Assembly (NCBI RefSeq): GCF_001412615.1
Contig: NZ_CP013011.1
Coordinates: forward strand, 1,860,001 to 1,892,000
Length of the DNA stretch: 32,000 nt
DNA from: Pyrodictium delaneyi
Lineage (GTDB): Archaea > Thermoproteota > Thermoprotei_A > Sulfolobales > Pyrodictiaceae
Reading direction: 5' to 3'
The translations under genes and the position numbers were made by a program. Position 1 is the stretch's first letter. Each line of letters starts with the position of its first letter. Below, one piece after another: positions 1-8,517 of this stretch. The notes under the pieces are model-generated. The model made no database searches. It saw only the letters and a list, made by a program, of their open reading frames with translations, and was not told where the DNA came from.

Positions 1-311
1 CTCCTATAGAGATAGATGTAGACGAGCGTAGCATCGCGGAGACTAACCTTGAAGAAGTCACCCTCTATTATCTCGACCCGGTCAGCGACGCCATCCATCC
101 GCGCCTTAGCCTTAGAAACCTCTACGAGTACGGGGTCAAGCTCAACGCCTATAGCTTTCTTTACGCAAAAATCCCTGGCAGCTATAACCACTGCTCTGCC
201 GTCGCCAGAGCCTAAGTCGTAGACTGTGTCGCAAGGCCCGGCCCACGCTGCTTCAAGCGCTGTATACACTACGCTAATAGGAGTCGGTATCCATGGCGCA
301 ACCTTGCCCAA
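1..311 (-). CDS. Class I SAM-dependent methyltransferase; only the N-terminal ~100 aa are visible because the gene runs off the window edge
   Basis: Hand translation of the minus strand gives ..GKVAPWIPTPISVVYTALEAAWAGPCDTVYDLGSGDGRAVVIAARDFCVKKAIGVELDPVLVEVSKAKARMDGVADRVEIIEGDFFKVSLRDATLVYIYL. It carries motif I (DLGSGDG) and the acidic motif II (VELD). The start is set at the in-frame TTG at 311. The only alternative after the in-frame TAG (345-347) is CTG at 344. The ORF track misses it because it has no ATG and is truncated. Confidence 0.55.
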   Translation of the reverse strand, partial: MGKVAPWIPTPISVVYTALEAAWAGPCDTVYDLGSGDGRAVVIAARDFCVKKAIGVELDPVLVEVSKAKARMDGVADRVEIIEGDFFKVSLRDATLVYIYLYR

Positions 312-388
312 GATCCTTTCACACCAGGCTGCAAGGACCCTCAGCTAGCCCTATATACGCGAAGAGCGGGCTAGCCGTGTTCCCAAGT

Positions 389-1504
389 CTAGTCAGCTGG
401 CGCTAGGTCTATTAGCTTGGGCGGCAGGTGTATGTAGACCTCGTCTCCTGGCTTGGGAAACGCTCCAAGCACTGCTATAAGGGGGCCTCTGGCTTGTTCT
501 GCTAGGAGTCTTATGGTACCTATTTCTAGGTATAGTCGGACACCGTAGCGGGTAACTAGTACCTCATCTATCCGAGCAGGGTAAACGTTTATGCCTACCA
601 CGGGTTTCTTCAACACTACTATGTCGTCAGGCCTAATGGCTATTCGTACACGGGCTCCAGGCTTCAATCGCCTACCAGCAGTATCGATCCTGGCTTCTAG
701 TCTGCCTAGACCCTCTGCCTCCAGGACTACCTGGCTGTTGTTGACGCTAAGTATTCTTGCTTCTAGGACTGTATAGCCTAGGAACTCTGCCGCACCATAG
801 CGTAGAGGCTTACCTGCCAGCTCGTAGGGCGGTGCGTCCGCTACTAGTCGGCCATCCCTAAGTATTGTTATCCGGTCCCCGAGGCTCCAAGCGTCCGCGA
901 AGCTGTGGGTCACCATCACTGTTGCGACGCGGAGCTGCCGGAGTATGCCTCGTAGCTCGCTGCGGAGCCGCTCCCGGCTAGGAGCATCCATGGCGCTGAA
1001 CGGCTCGTCCATAAGGAGGAGCCTGGGCTCCACTACTAGGGCCCGGGCTAGGGCTACGCGCTGCCGCTGGCCGCCGCTGAGCTGGCCCGGCCTTCTATCC
1101 AGCAGCCCTGCGAGGCCGAGGAGCTCTGCTATCTCGCGGACGCGTGCCCTTATCTCCTCCTCGGGGAGCTTCCTGGCGCGGAGCCCGAAGGCTATGTTCT
1201 CGTAGACCGTCATGTGGGGGAAGAGCGCGTATTCTTGTGGCACAAGTGCTACGCCACGCCGCTCTGGCGGTACATTCACGCGTGGCGGGCCACTAGCGTA
1301 GACGGTCTCGCCCATGATCTCTATTAGGCCGCGGCGCGGCTCTACGAGGCCTGCTATTGTGTTTAGTAGTGTTGTCTTGCCCGCACCGTTCGGCCCTAGG
1401 ACTACTAGGACTGAAGCCTTCTCGGCGCTCAAACTTATGCCCTGGAGCACCGTCCTACCGCCGCGCTCCACCCAGAGGTCTTCAACGCGGAGTGCTGACC
1501 CCAA
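389..1504 (-). CDS. ABC importer ATP-binding subunit with a C-terminal TOBE-like domain (molybdate/tungstate type, ModC/WtpC-like)
   Basis: Walker A GPNGAGKT, ABC signature LSGGQRQR, Walker B LLLMDEP and H-loop VTHS are present. A C-terminal extension of about 130 aa is typical of Mop/TOBE importer ATPases. It lies 22 nt downstream of the permease gene on the same strand. Confidence 0.85.
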   Translation of the reverse strand: MGSALRVEDLWVERGGRTVLQGISLSAEKASVLVVLGPNGAGKTTLLNTIAGLVEPRRGLIEIMGETVYASGPPRVNVPPERRGVALVPQEYALFPHMTVYENIAFGLRARKLPEEEIRARVREIAELLGLAGLLDRRPGQLSGGQRQRVALARALVVEPRLLLMDEPFSAMDAPSRERLRSELRGILRQLRVATVMVTHSFADAWSLGDRITILRDGRLVADAPPYELAGKPLRYGAAEFLGYTVLEARILSVNNSQVVLEAEGLGRLEARIDTAGRRLKPGARVRIAIRPDDIVVLKKPVVGINVYPARIDEVLVTRYGVRLYLEIGTIRLLAEQARGPLIAVLGAFPKPGDEVYIHLPPKLIDLAPAD

Positions 1505-1526
1505 GACGCGTGCCCCTCTTCCCTTG

Positions 1527-2321
1527 CTACTCCCTCTTCTCGAGTGCTAGTAGCGCGGCCACCGAGACCCCTGCAACCAGGATCGAGACAGTCATGAGCG
1601 CCACTGCTAGGTTTAGGTCGCCGCCGCTTATGGAGAGGTAGATTGCTATGGGCAGGGTCTCGGTCTTGAATCGGATGGCACCCGCCAGGGTTACCGAGGC
1701 GCCGAACTCTCCTAGCGCGCGTATGAAGGCGAGTAGGAAGGCCGAGAGTAGACCGCGACGCGCCATGGGCAGGGTTACGCGGAGCAGCGTCTGGAGCCTA
1801 GTGTAGCCGAGAGTCCTGGCCACTGCCTCGTACCGGGGGTCTACCGAGGCAAAGCTTGTCTTGAGGACACGCAGCGCCATAGGGTAAACTACGAAGAACT
1901 GTGCCACAACTAGGCCTCTAGGCGTGAAGACTACGCGTAGTAACTCGTCGAGGAGGCTGCCGGGCGGCGTGTTAGTGAAGAATATGAGAAGCGCAGCACC
2001 CACAGCCACAGGCGGCATTCCGAAGGGTATGAGGAGCAAAGTCTCTGCGGCCCGGCCGCCGGGGAGCAGGCCCCGGGCCATGGCGTAGGCGACTGGTATC
2101 CCTAGGGCTAAGGCAAGCCCTGCTGCTGCGAGAGCTGTGGCGAGGCTTAGGCCTATAGCGAAGAGCGTCTCATACGATGTTAGAGCGCGTGCAACGCCCT
2201 TAAGGCTGCTCCAGGCGAATATAGAGGCCAAGACTGCGGCAAACACTAGAATTAAGGCTACCGCGGGAATGTGTAGTACCAGGCCATCCTTGTCCATAAC
2301 GCTTGTCCCCGGGCCGTCCAT
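1527..2321 (-). CDS. ABC transporter permease (ModB/WtpB-like)
   Basis: 264-aa polytopic hydrophobic ORF with an EAA-loop-like segment (ARTLGYTRLQTLLRVTLPMARRGL). It sits directly upstream of the ATPase gene. An internal Met (MDKDG) is an alternative start. Confidence 0.8.
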   Translation of the reverse strand: MDGPGTSVMDKDGLVLHIPAVALILVFAAVLASIFAWSSLKGVARALTSYETLFAIGLSLATALAAAGLALALGIPVAYAMARGLLPGGRAAETLLLIPFGMPPVAVGAALLIFFTNTPPGSLLDELLRVVFTPRGLVVAQFFVVYPMALRVLKTSFASVDPRYEAVARTLGYTRLQTLLRVTLPMARRGLLSAFLLAFIRALGEFGASVTLAGAIRFKTETLPIAIYLSISGGDLNLAVALMTVSILVAGVSVAALLALEKRE

Positions 2322-2407
2322 GTAAAGCTGGCATACTTACCAGTACTGCATGAGATTTAAAGTATGCGTAAACAAGAAGTACTTTACATGACCTGGGGGT
2401 TAGAGGC

Positions 2408-2890
2408 GTGGCTAGGCGCTTCGGGCTCCTAACAGACAAGCAGCTCACCGTAGTAGCGCTCCACGAGGGCCAGGGGCTCGGCTTCTCCGAGATCGCGCGG
2501 CGACTAGGTACTACCAGGCAGGACGCCGCCGCGACATACCGCCGCGCAGTAGCCAACGTAGAAGCTGCATGGGAGACACTGGTAGCCTACACGCTAGCTA
2601 CGGGCATGATACTTGAGGCGGGAGAGGGAACCAGCCTCGACGAGCTAATAGCCAGGGTTATAGAGAAGGCTGATACCCATGATGTGAGGCTGCGCTGGGG
2701 CCGGCCCGAGCTATATATACTCCTAAGAGGGTTGCTCCGAGACTGCATGAAGGACTCCAGGCTAGTAGAGCCAGTAGTCATAGTTCTCCGGCGGGATGGT
2801 AGCATCGAGGCATATCCACGGAAGAAAATAGAGCACGTTCTCGAGGCGCTAAGCAGCCTACAGCCTACCACGGATGACAGTAGGAGCTAA
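2408..2890 (+). CDS. tfx: Tfx-family DNA-binding transcriptional regulator
   Basis: GTG start. The N-terminus LLTDKQLTVVALHEGQGLGFSEIARRLGTTRQDAAATYRRAVANVEAAWETL has the LuxR/sigma70-region-4-like HTH layout of Methanothermobacter Tfx (..LTEQQIKVLVLR.KGL.QSEIAKIL.TTRANVS..EKRA..). It also has a C-terminal domain of comparable length (about 150-160 aa in total). Confidence 0.65.
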   Translation: MARRFGLLTDKQLTVVALHEGQGLGFSEIARRLGTTRQDAAATYRRAVANVEAAWETLVAYTLATGMILEAGEGTSLDELIARVIEKADTHDVRLRWGRPELYILLRGLLRDCMKDSRLVEPVVIVLRRDGSIEAYPRKKIEHVLEALSSLQPTTDDSRS

Positions 2891-3780
2891 CTCTTGGAGG
2901 TGCTAGCGGATTCCCCGGCTAGCCTCTCGGCTATCTCCTGGATGCTGGGTATCTTGGCGCCCGGCGCCTTTTCCTGTACCTCCTCCGGGCTCGTCAAGTA
3001 ATGGTAGCGGCTCCACACTTGCCGGGCATACTCGGACTCCGTGACGAACTCTATGAACTTCTTCGCTGCCTCGGGGTTCTTGCTGGTCTTCAACACTGCT
3101 ATCGGTATGTAGCTCGCCTCAGGGATCTGGCCAGGCTTGAGCCAGACTATCTCTGTGCGGTCAGGGTACCAGTAATAGGTGACATGCCAGCCTATAATAG
3201 CATCCACAGCTCCCGTAGCTACAAGGGTTGCAAGCTTGGCGAAATTCTCGGCGTAGGTCACAATGTTCTCTTGTACTTCGGGCCACATACCATTGTGCTT
3301 AAACAGCTCTACTGCGTACTGGCCTATGACTACGTGCTCGGGGTCGCCTATGGCTAGGCGTACACCCGGTTTTAGAAGGTCCTCTAGCTTCTCTATGCCC
3401 GCCGGGTTGCCCTTGGGGACTATTATCTCCGGTAGAAGGTAGGCCACCTGCCGCACAGTATCTGGGTAGACGAGACCCTCTACCAGCGCCTTAGCCATGT
3501 ACTGCGGCGACGCCGGGGCAAACACGTCGCCGCGGTGCGTCATCTCTATCGTCGAGTAGAGCTTGCCAGAGGATCCATAGATTGCATTCACCTTTATCCC
3601 GGTCTCGCGCTCGAACTCCGTGACAAGCTCTTGCCAGGGCTTCTTCGCCGCAGCGCATAGGTAGACTGTCAGCTCTACGCTGCTTGTCTGAGCTTTGCTC
3701 GTCTTGTGGAGGTGTAGGACTGCGAGCCCGGCTAGAGCTGCGAGGATTACTAGGCCGGCAAGGAGAAACAACCGACTCAC
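2887..3780 (-). CDS. Molybdate/tungstate ABC transporter substrate-binding protein (ModA/WtpA/TupA-like), membrane anchored
   Basis: N-terminal hydrophobic anchor MSRLFLLAGLVILAALAGLAVL. The body follows the type II periplasmic-binding-protein pattern of ModA-like proteins (LTVY.AAA....ELV.EFE..TGIKVN.IYGSSG.L...I......DVF.PAS; ..IGDP..V..G.YA; IPIAVLK.SKNPEAAKKFIEF). The neighbouring ABC genes support the call. Confidence 0.75.
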   Translation of the reverse strand: MSRLFLLAGLVILAALAGLAVLHLHKTSKAQTSSVELTVYLCAAAKKPWQELVTEFERETGIKVNAIYGSSGKLYSTIEMTHRGDVFAPASPQYMAKALVEGLVYPDTVRQVAYLLPEIIVPKGNPAGIEKLEDLLKPGVRLAIGDPEHVVIGQYAVELFKHNGMWPEVQENIVTYAENFAKLATLVATGAVDAIIGWHVTYYWYPDRTEIVWLKPGQIPEASYIPIAVLKTSKNPEAAKKFIEFVTESEYARQVWSRYHYLTSPEEVQEKAPGAKIPSIQEIAERLAGESASTSKS

Positions 3781-3854
3781 GTAAACTCCACCAGGTTGTC
3801 CCCCGCATGGAGTCTGTTAATAAGCGTTATTAGTTTATGTAAAAAGGCTCATGT

Positions 3855-4574
3855 TTACTTGACTGGTGGTTTGTAGCCCCGCTCCTTCATGCACTGGAGT
3901 AGGGCCTCGCCCACGCGTTCATAGTAGCCGCCGCGGGCTAGCACGTAGCTGTAGAGCTTGCCCGCTTTCTGTCCATAGACGCTCGCTACCTTCCCGGTGA
4001 GGCCCTCGGAGGACGGATACCTGTTCTCGGCCGCAAACACCTCCATGGGGTGCCGGGGCCGTGGCTCCGGAGTCTCCGCCGGCTTGCCGACGCATAGCCC
4101 GACTATCGGTAGTACGTGCCGGGGAAGCTCCAGGATGTCGGCGATGCGGCACGGGTTGGAGTAGAGCGCTATGAAGACTATTCCATAGCCTAGCTCCTCC
4201 GCAGCTAGGGCGGCCCAGCCAGAGGCTATCCCTGCATCGAGTGCGCCTATCACGAGATGGCCTAGCCCCGGCTCCGCTGGCTCCACGCCAGCAGCACGGG
4301 CTGCTTCTAGCACCTTGTGGTAGTCGATGCTGAACACGAGGAATACCGGTGCCTCGGCTACGTGCTTCTGCCCGCCGACAGCCTCCGCGAGCCGTTCACG
4401 GAGCATGGGATCAGTGACAACAGTCACAGTTAGCGGCTGGAGGTTCCACGAGGTTGGTGCACGGCGCGCAGCCTCCAGTATCTTCTCCAGGTCCTTGGGG
4501 TCTACAGGGTCGGGGCGGAAGCTGCGGACACTAGCATGCCTCTCAACTATATCTAGACACGACTTGCACGTCAT
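3855..4574 (-). CDS. Nitroreductase-family FMN oxidoreductase
   Basis: The N-terminus IVERHASVRSFRPDPVDPKDLEKILEAARRAPTSWNLQPLTVTVVTD is the classic nitroreductase signature. At 239 aa it is typical for NfsA/Frp-like enzymes. Confidence 0.8.
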   Translation of the reverse strand: MTCKSCLDIVERHASVRSFRPDPVDPKDLEKILEAARRAPTSWNLQPLTVTVVTDPMLRERLAEAVGGQKHVAEAPVFLVFSIDYHKVLEAARAAGVEPAEPGLGHLVIGALDAGIASGWAALAAEELGYGIVFIALYSNPCRIADILELPRHVLPIVGLCVGKPAETPEPRPRHPMEVFAAENRYPSSEGLTGKVASVYGQKAGKLYSYVLARGGYYERVGEALLQCMKERGYKPPVK

Positions 4575-4944
4575 GGCTCTCAGCTCTCCAATCCTTTGCT
4601 AGGTATGGTAGATGGGCTAGCTTATGAAGAGCACGGGCCGCTAGTATAGCAAGCTACGTCAACACGGCATCATGGCCCCGGATGGTTTCTAGCCAGACAA
4701 CAATCTAGCAAATCTAGCAGAGGACATAGAATAACTAACACAGATCCAGTATTCCGTCGTTTACATAATAAAGCAAGGAGCCTCCGGGCCCTAATTTGAT
4801 GGATGTTACAGTCCGAAGCCTTGAAGACGCGGTTTTTACTCATTTTACGGCTATGATATCATACCCGGGAACTACCGAGAACAATGGTACGGGGTAACAT
4901 AGGTGCCGAGATACACCAAGCCGGGAACAGAGAACCTCGAGGTT

Positions 4945-5565
4945 ATGCATAACCGTGTTAGTGGTACTGGATCTGTTATACCTCACTGTGTAGCGGGAAT
5001 AGATGATGGATATTTTGAGAGAGACTGGAGTCGTACACTGATGGCTCTTGCGATACATTGTTGGCACGGAGGCAGGTTATGCCCTTGCAGGCTGTTACTC
5101 GACACTGTGACTGTGGATGGGCTTGATGCTACTGATGTAGCTGAAAGGCTTGTCCGCCGGGCCTTATCCGAGAAGCTTGAAATTGAGGCTCTACTAACCG
5201 ATACGGTTGTATTTGCAGGATTTAACATCCTAGACCCGATTGAGCTACATCGTCGTCTAGGGCTGCCGGTTATCGTTGTCTACTGGTATCCGCCACGCCG
5301 CAAAGCCGTGGAGAAGGCATTGCAACTACATTTTTCTGACTGGAAGAAGAGGCTGGGTGTAATCGAAGAGGTATGGAATAGGCTTAAACATGTTAGGTGT
5401 CGGCGGGGAAGCTTACTCGTAGCAGTCTATGGTGCTGATTACGCTTACGCATGGAGTCTTGTATGTAGTCTCCAGCTTTTTACAAGGCATCCAGAGCCTC
5501 TGTTTACAGCTCACCGTACAGCTTCTATGTTGTCACGCGTTCTCGGCCCTTTTAAGGATAATTAG
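4945..5565 (+). CDS. DUF99/UPF0215-family protein (endonuclease V-like fold)
   Basis: ..VAGIDDGYF....LMALAI...G......LLDTVTVDGLDATDV..RL......LEIEALLTDTVVFAGFNILDPIELHRRLGLPVIVVYWYPP....VEKAL..HF.DW..RL..........GADYA......LQLFTRHPEPLFTAHRTAS matches my recollection of the DUF99 pattern (GvDDG.F ... vDGlDAT ... G...AGFNv.D ... PvI.V ... PEPlR.AH.IA). The start is moved to ATG 4945, just upstream of the GIDDG core. The track ORF starts at 4903. Confidence 0.6.
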   Translation: MHNRVSGTGSVIPHCVAGIDDGYFERDWSRTLMALAIHCWHGGRLCPCRLLLDTVTVDGLDATDVAERLVRRALSEKLEIEALLTDTVVFAGFNILDPIELHRRLGLPVIVVYWYPPRRKAVEKALQLHFSDWKKRLGVIEEVWNRLKHVRCRRGSLLVAVYGADYAYAWSLVCSLQLFTRHPEPLFTAHRTASMLSRVLGPFKDN

Positions 5566-5681
5566 TGTACCGTAAATTTTCCCCTAGCACTTCATACATT
5601 GCTATGTTGTAGACGCAATAAGTAATATTATCAAAACTCTGTATCTTCTATAGTTATGAAAGCTAGATCAATCTGAATAGC

Positions 5682-6872
5682 GTGTGTTTTGTGGTGAATA
5701 TTTTGACTAAAAAGATACTTGTGCTTGGTGGTGGAACAGGCGGCTATATGGCCGCCCGTAAGCTCGCCGAGACTGCGAGGAAGCAAAAACTAGACATAGA
5801 AGTTACAATGCTCACTGATAGCCCATGGCATGAGTTTCAACCACTCTTTGCCGATGTAGCTTTCAACACAGCTACTCCTGAAGAGACACGCGCCCCCGTA
5901 GAGAACATAGGCCGAAAGTTCGGCCCCCGCGTCGTAGTAGAGAAGGCCGTGAGGATAGATGCCGCAAACCGTGTAGTCGAAACAGAGAAAGGCAACAAGT
6001 ATAGCTATGACTACCTTGTCGTAAGCCTTGGAGTAAAATACGGGTGGAAAGCTTATCCTGGTCTAGCAGAGAATGGCGTACATAACTATACGCTAGAAGG
6101 CGCAGTAGAGATGGCAAAGGAGCTAGCCCGTTTCCGTGGTGGACGTATAGTGATACTAGTTCCGGAGACTCCCCACCGTTGCGGTATGTATCCCTATGAG
6201 GCTGCTACACAGCTCGCCGAGACAATGAAGAACCGTGGAATAAATGCCGAGATAGTACTTATGACTAAGGATGCAAAACCCCTAGCCCCTCTAGGTCCCG
6301 ATATCTCGAGGGTCTGGAAGGAGAAAATGGACGAACTCGGCATAGAGATGATACAGCATAATGGTTTGCAGGAGGTAGATGGACAGAGGCAGCTAGTGAG
6401 AGCTGGCAATGTTGAAGAGAAGTACGACCTGTTGATTAAGATACCGCCTAGCCGGCTCCCAGATGTGCTTGCAGACAGCGAAGGCTTCCAGCTCAAGGGT
6501 GACCCGCGCTGGGCTCCTGCCCGGGGTAAAGACTTCCGACATCCGAGTTATGACGATGTGTTCATGGTTGGTGAACATTCAATGCCAGCAGTGGGTCTAC
6601 CGACAGCAGGTATACCGGTACACTTTGCTGCAGAGTACGCTGCAGAGCAGATAATCAGCGAGGTTACTGGCGGCTACCCGGTAGCAGGCTACGTGAAGAC
6701 CATGACGTGTGTAGGGTACTTTGGAACTTCAGGGTTCGCCGGCACTTGCGAAATAGGCTACGATGAGTCTACTGGCCGCAGAAAGTTTGTCTGCTACACA
6801 GTATCGACATCGCCTATCATAAGGCTTATGAAAGAAGCATTCTACAAATCCTGGATAGCCGCACTCAAGTAG
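5682..6872 (+). CDS. FAD-dependent pyridine-nucleotide-disulfide oxidoreductase (sulfide:quinone oxidoreductase / type II NADH dehydrogenase-like)
   Basis: N-terminal Rossmann motif KKILVLGGGTGGYMAARKLAE, about 390 aa, and a second dinucleotide-binding segment (GGRIVILVPE). A DUF1641 gene follows, as is usual for this family. The start is uncertain: GTG 5682 or TTG 5703. Confidence 0.7.
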   Translation: MCFVVNILTKKILVLGGGTGGYMAARKLAETARKQKLDIEVTMLTDSPWHEFQPLFADVAFNTATPEETRAPVENIGRKFGPRVVVEKAVRIDAANRVVETEKGNKYSYDYLVVSLGVKYGWKAYPGLAENGVHNYTLEGAVEMAKELARFRGGRIVILVPETPHRCGMYPYEAATQLAETMKNRGINAEIVLMTKDAKPLAPLGPDISRVWKEKMDELGIEMIQHNGLQEVDGQRQLVRAGNVEEKYDLLIKIPPSRLPDVLADSEGFQLKGDPRWAPARGKDFRHPSYDDVFMVGEHSMPAVGLPTAGIPVHFAAEYAAEQIISEVTGGYPVAGYVKTMTCVGYFGTSGFAGTCEIGYDESTGRRKFVCYTVSTSPIIRLMKEAFYKSWIAALK

Positions 6873-6901
6873 GTTTAAGACACAACGCAGGCACATATGG
6901 G

Positions 6902-7354
6902 GTGAAGTCCGTGTCCCAGGCAGAAACACGTGAAGAAACTATACAGTTCGATGAAGAGGGCATGAAGGCTCTTGAAACACTAGTAGAAGTCGCGGTATAC
7001 CTCAAAGAAAGCGGCATACTCGATTTGCTAAGAGTAGTAGCTGAGCGTAGCGGCGAACTACTAACAATAATAGCTAATGACCCCGCTTTACACCGTGTCA
7101 GCGCGCTAGCCGACGGTGCTACTCGTGGAATAACCAGACTCAAGCCGGAGGAGGTAATCTCCGTCAAGCAGAATATCGAAAAGCTAACTGAATGTACACT
7201 AAGATCTATGGCAGCAGTTAACCCTGCGGACGTTAAGCCTGTGGGCCTCTTCGGCATGCTGGGGGCACTGCGTGACCGTGATGTACAACGCGGTCTTGGC
7301 CTACTACTAGCCATAGCTAAGAATCTTGGCGCCTGTACGGCTAGGACGAAGTAG
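6902..7354 (+). CDS. DUF1641-family protein
   Basis: 150 aa. The C-terminal ..KPVGLFGMLGALRDRDVQRGLGLLLAIAKNLG is the characteristic DUF1641 terminus. The position right after an SQR/NDH-II-like flavoprotein is the usual context. Confidence 0.65.
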   Translation: MKSVSQAETREETIQFDEEGMKALETLVEVAVYLKESGILDLLRVVAERSGELLTIIANDPALHRVSALADGATRGITRLKPEEVISVKQNIEKLTECTLRSMAAVNPADVKPVGLFGMLGALRDRDVQRGLGLLLAIAKNLGACTARTK

Positions 7355-7432
7355 TCTAACGGGCCTAACCCGTATTTTATAATCCCCGGTAGCCCGAGCT
7401 TCTCTTCATCCACACTTGGTGTAGCCTCCGAA

Positions 7433-8326
7433 ATGCACGTCCTCCGTAGAGTATCCGGGCGAGTTTACATCCTCCAGGGAAGCCCCAATACACTTATAGT
7501 AGCTGATGACGGTCAAGCCGTCGTAGTGGACCCCGGTACCGGAGAGAACCGTGGTACCCAGGTCCTCGAGGCTCTAAGGGAGTTAGACCTCAGGCTAGAA
7601 GCCGTGGTGCTCACCCATGGCCACAGTGACCACGTAGCAGCCGCAGCCGGGCTAGACGCCCCGGTCTACGCTTCACGGCTCTGCAGCGGCCTAGTAGAGT
7701 CCAGCGTACTCCGCCGCCTAGCCGTGTACGGTGGCCTAGTCTCCGAGGAGCTGGCAGCAATGCCGCTAGCCGAGGTGAGAGTGGACAAGCAGGTTGAGCT
7801 GGGCAGCAAGCTGCCCGGAGGCCTCGTAAGCATATCTCTACCCGGCCATACGCCCGGCCACATGGGCGTGGTCGACGAGGAGTCACGGGTAGTTGCGGCC
7901 GGCGATGCAGTGCTCGGGGAGCGCGTACTAGCCAGGTTCGGTGTACCCTTCGCCGCCGACCTTGAGGGGTGGACGAGGAGCCTTGAGAAGTTAAGGGAGC
8001 TAGCCGAGGAGGGCTACACCATAGTCCCGGGCCACGGGCCGGTAGCGCGTGGACGCCGCGCAGTCGCCATAGTGGATGCTAACATCGCCACAGTTGAGCG
8101 TGTCCGGAGCTTTGTGCTCAAGAAGCTACGCGAGAAACCCATGACACTGGACAGGCTAGCATACCTGGCTACCGTCTCGCTAGGCTCTGCCGAGCCCACG
8201 CCGAGGCAGCTCCTCCTAAACCGGACTGCACTGGCCTCGGTACTTGCATGGCTGGAGCGTGAAGGCCTCGTAGAGCCGGTGGTCGGCGAGGAGGGTGTGG
8301 TCTGGCGGGCGAGGACGAACGCGTAG
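7433..8326 (+). CDS. Metallo-beta-lactamase-fold hydrolase with a C-terminal winged-helix-like domain
   Basis: HxHxDH motif (LTHGHSDHVAAA), a later LPGHTPGH and a GD..L segment. The C-terminal ~70 aa (..MTLDRLAYLATVS....LASVLAWLEREGLVE) looks like a wHTH. Confidence 0.8.
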   Translation: MHVLRRVSGRVYILQGSPNTLIVADDGQAVVVDPGTGENRGTQVLEALRELDLRLEAVVLTHGHSDHVAAAAGLDAPVYASRLCSGLVESSVLRRLAVYGGLVSEELAAMPLAEVRVDKQVELGSKLPGGLVSISLPGHTPGHMGVVDEESRVVAAGDAVLGERVLARFGVPFAADLEGWTRSLEKLRELAEEGYTIVPGHGPVARGRRAVAIVDANIATVERVRSFVLKKLREKPMTLDRLAYLATVSLGSAEPTPRQLLLNRTALASVLAWLEREGLVEPVVGEEGVVWRARTNA

Positions 8327-8389
8327 AGGAGGAGAGTGGAGGGCCGGCCGGGGCCCGATAGTGGACACCTGCGCCGGCCAGGCATGTAG

Positions 8390-8463
8390 CGGGCCGGCCG
8401 GGATTCGAACCCGGGACCAACGGGTTAAAAGCCCGCCGCTCTGCCCGGCTGAGCTACCGGCCC
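8390..8463 (-). tRNA. tRNA-Lys (anticodon UUU)
   Basis: The reverse complement folds by hand into a cloverleaf: GGGCCGG TA GCTC AGCCGGGCA GAGC G GCGGG CTTTTAA CCCGT TGGTC CCGGG TTCGAAT CCCGG CCGGCCC G. No CCA is encoded. Confidence 0.9.
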
Positions 8464-8517
8464 TCCATGATGACTCTAGCTAGAGCAACTGCCGGGGCTT
8501 TATTAGGATTAAGGGGG

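Noticed and set aside
4702-4719. Tandem 9-mer AATCTAGCA x2 in the nitroreductase/DUF99 spacer
   Set aside because: It is very short and isolated. It is mentioned only as part of the low-GC island context.
6865-7413. 182-aa minus-strand ORF, together with similar long antisense ORFs at 13359..14033, 20992..21396, 25555..25911, 26293..26691, 8014..8385, 2200..2556, 3491..3808, 11516..11788 and 14321..14650
   Set aside because: Each lies antisense to, or out of frame with, a gene that has strong family motifs. Their translations are low-complexity (Ser/Arg/Pro/Ala-rich) and they lack start-codon context. They are typical shadow ORFs of a GC-rich genome.
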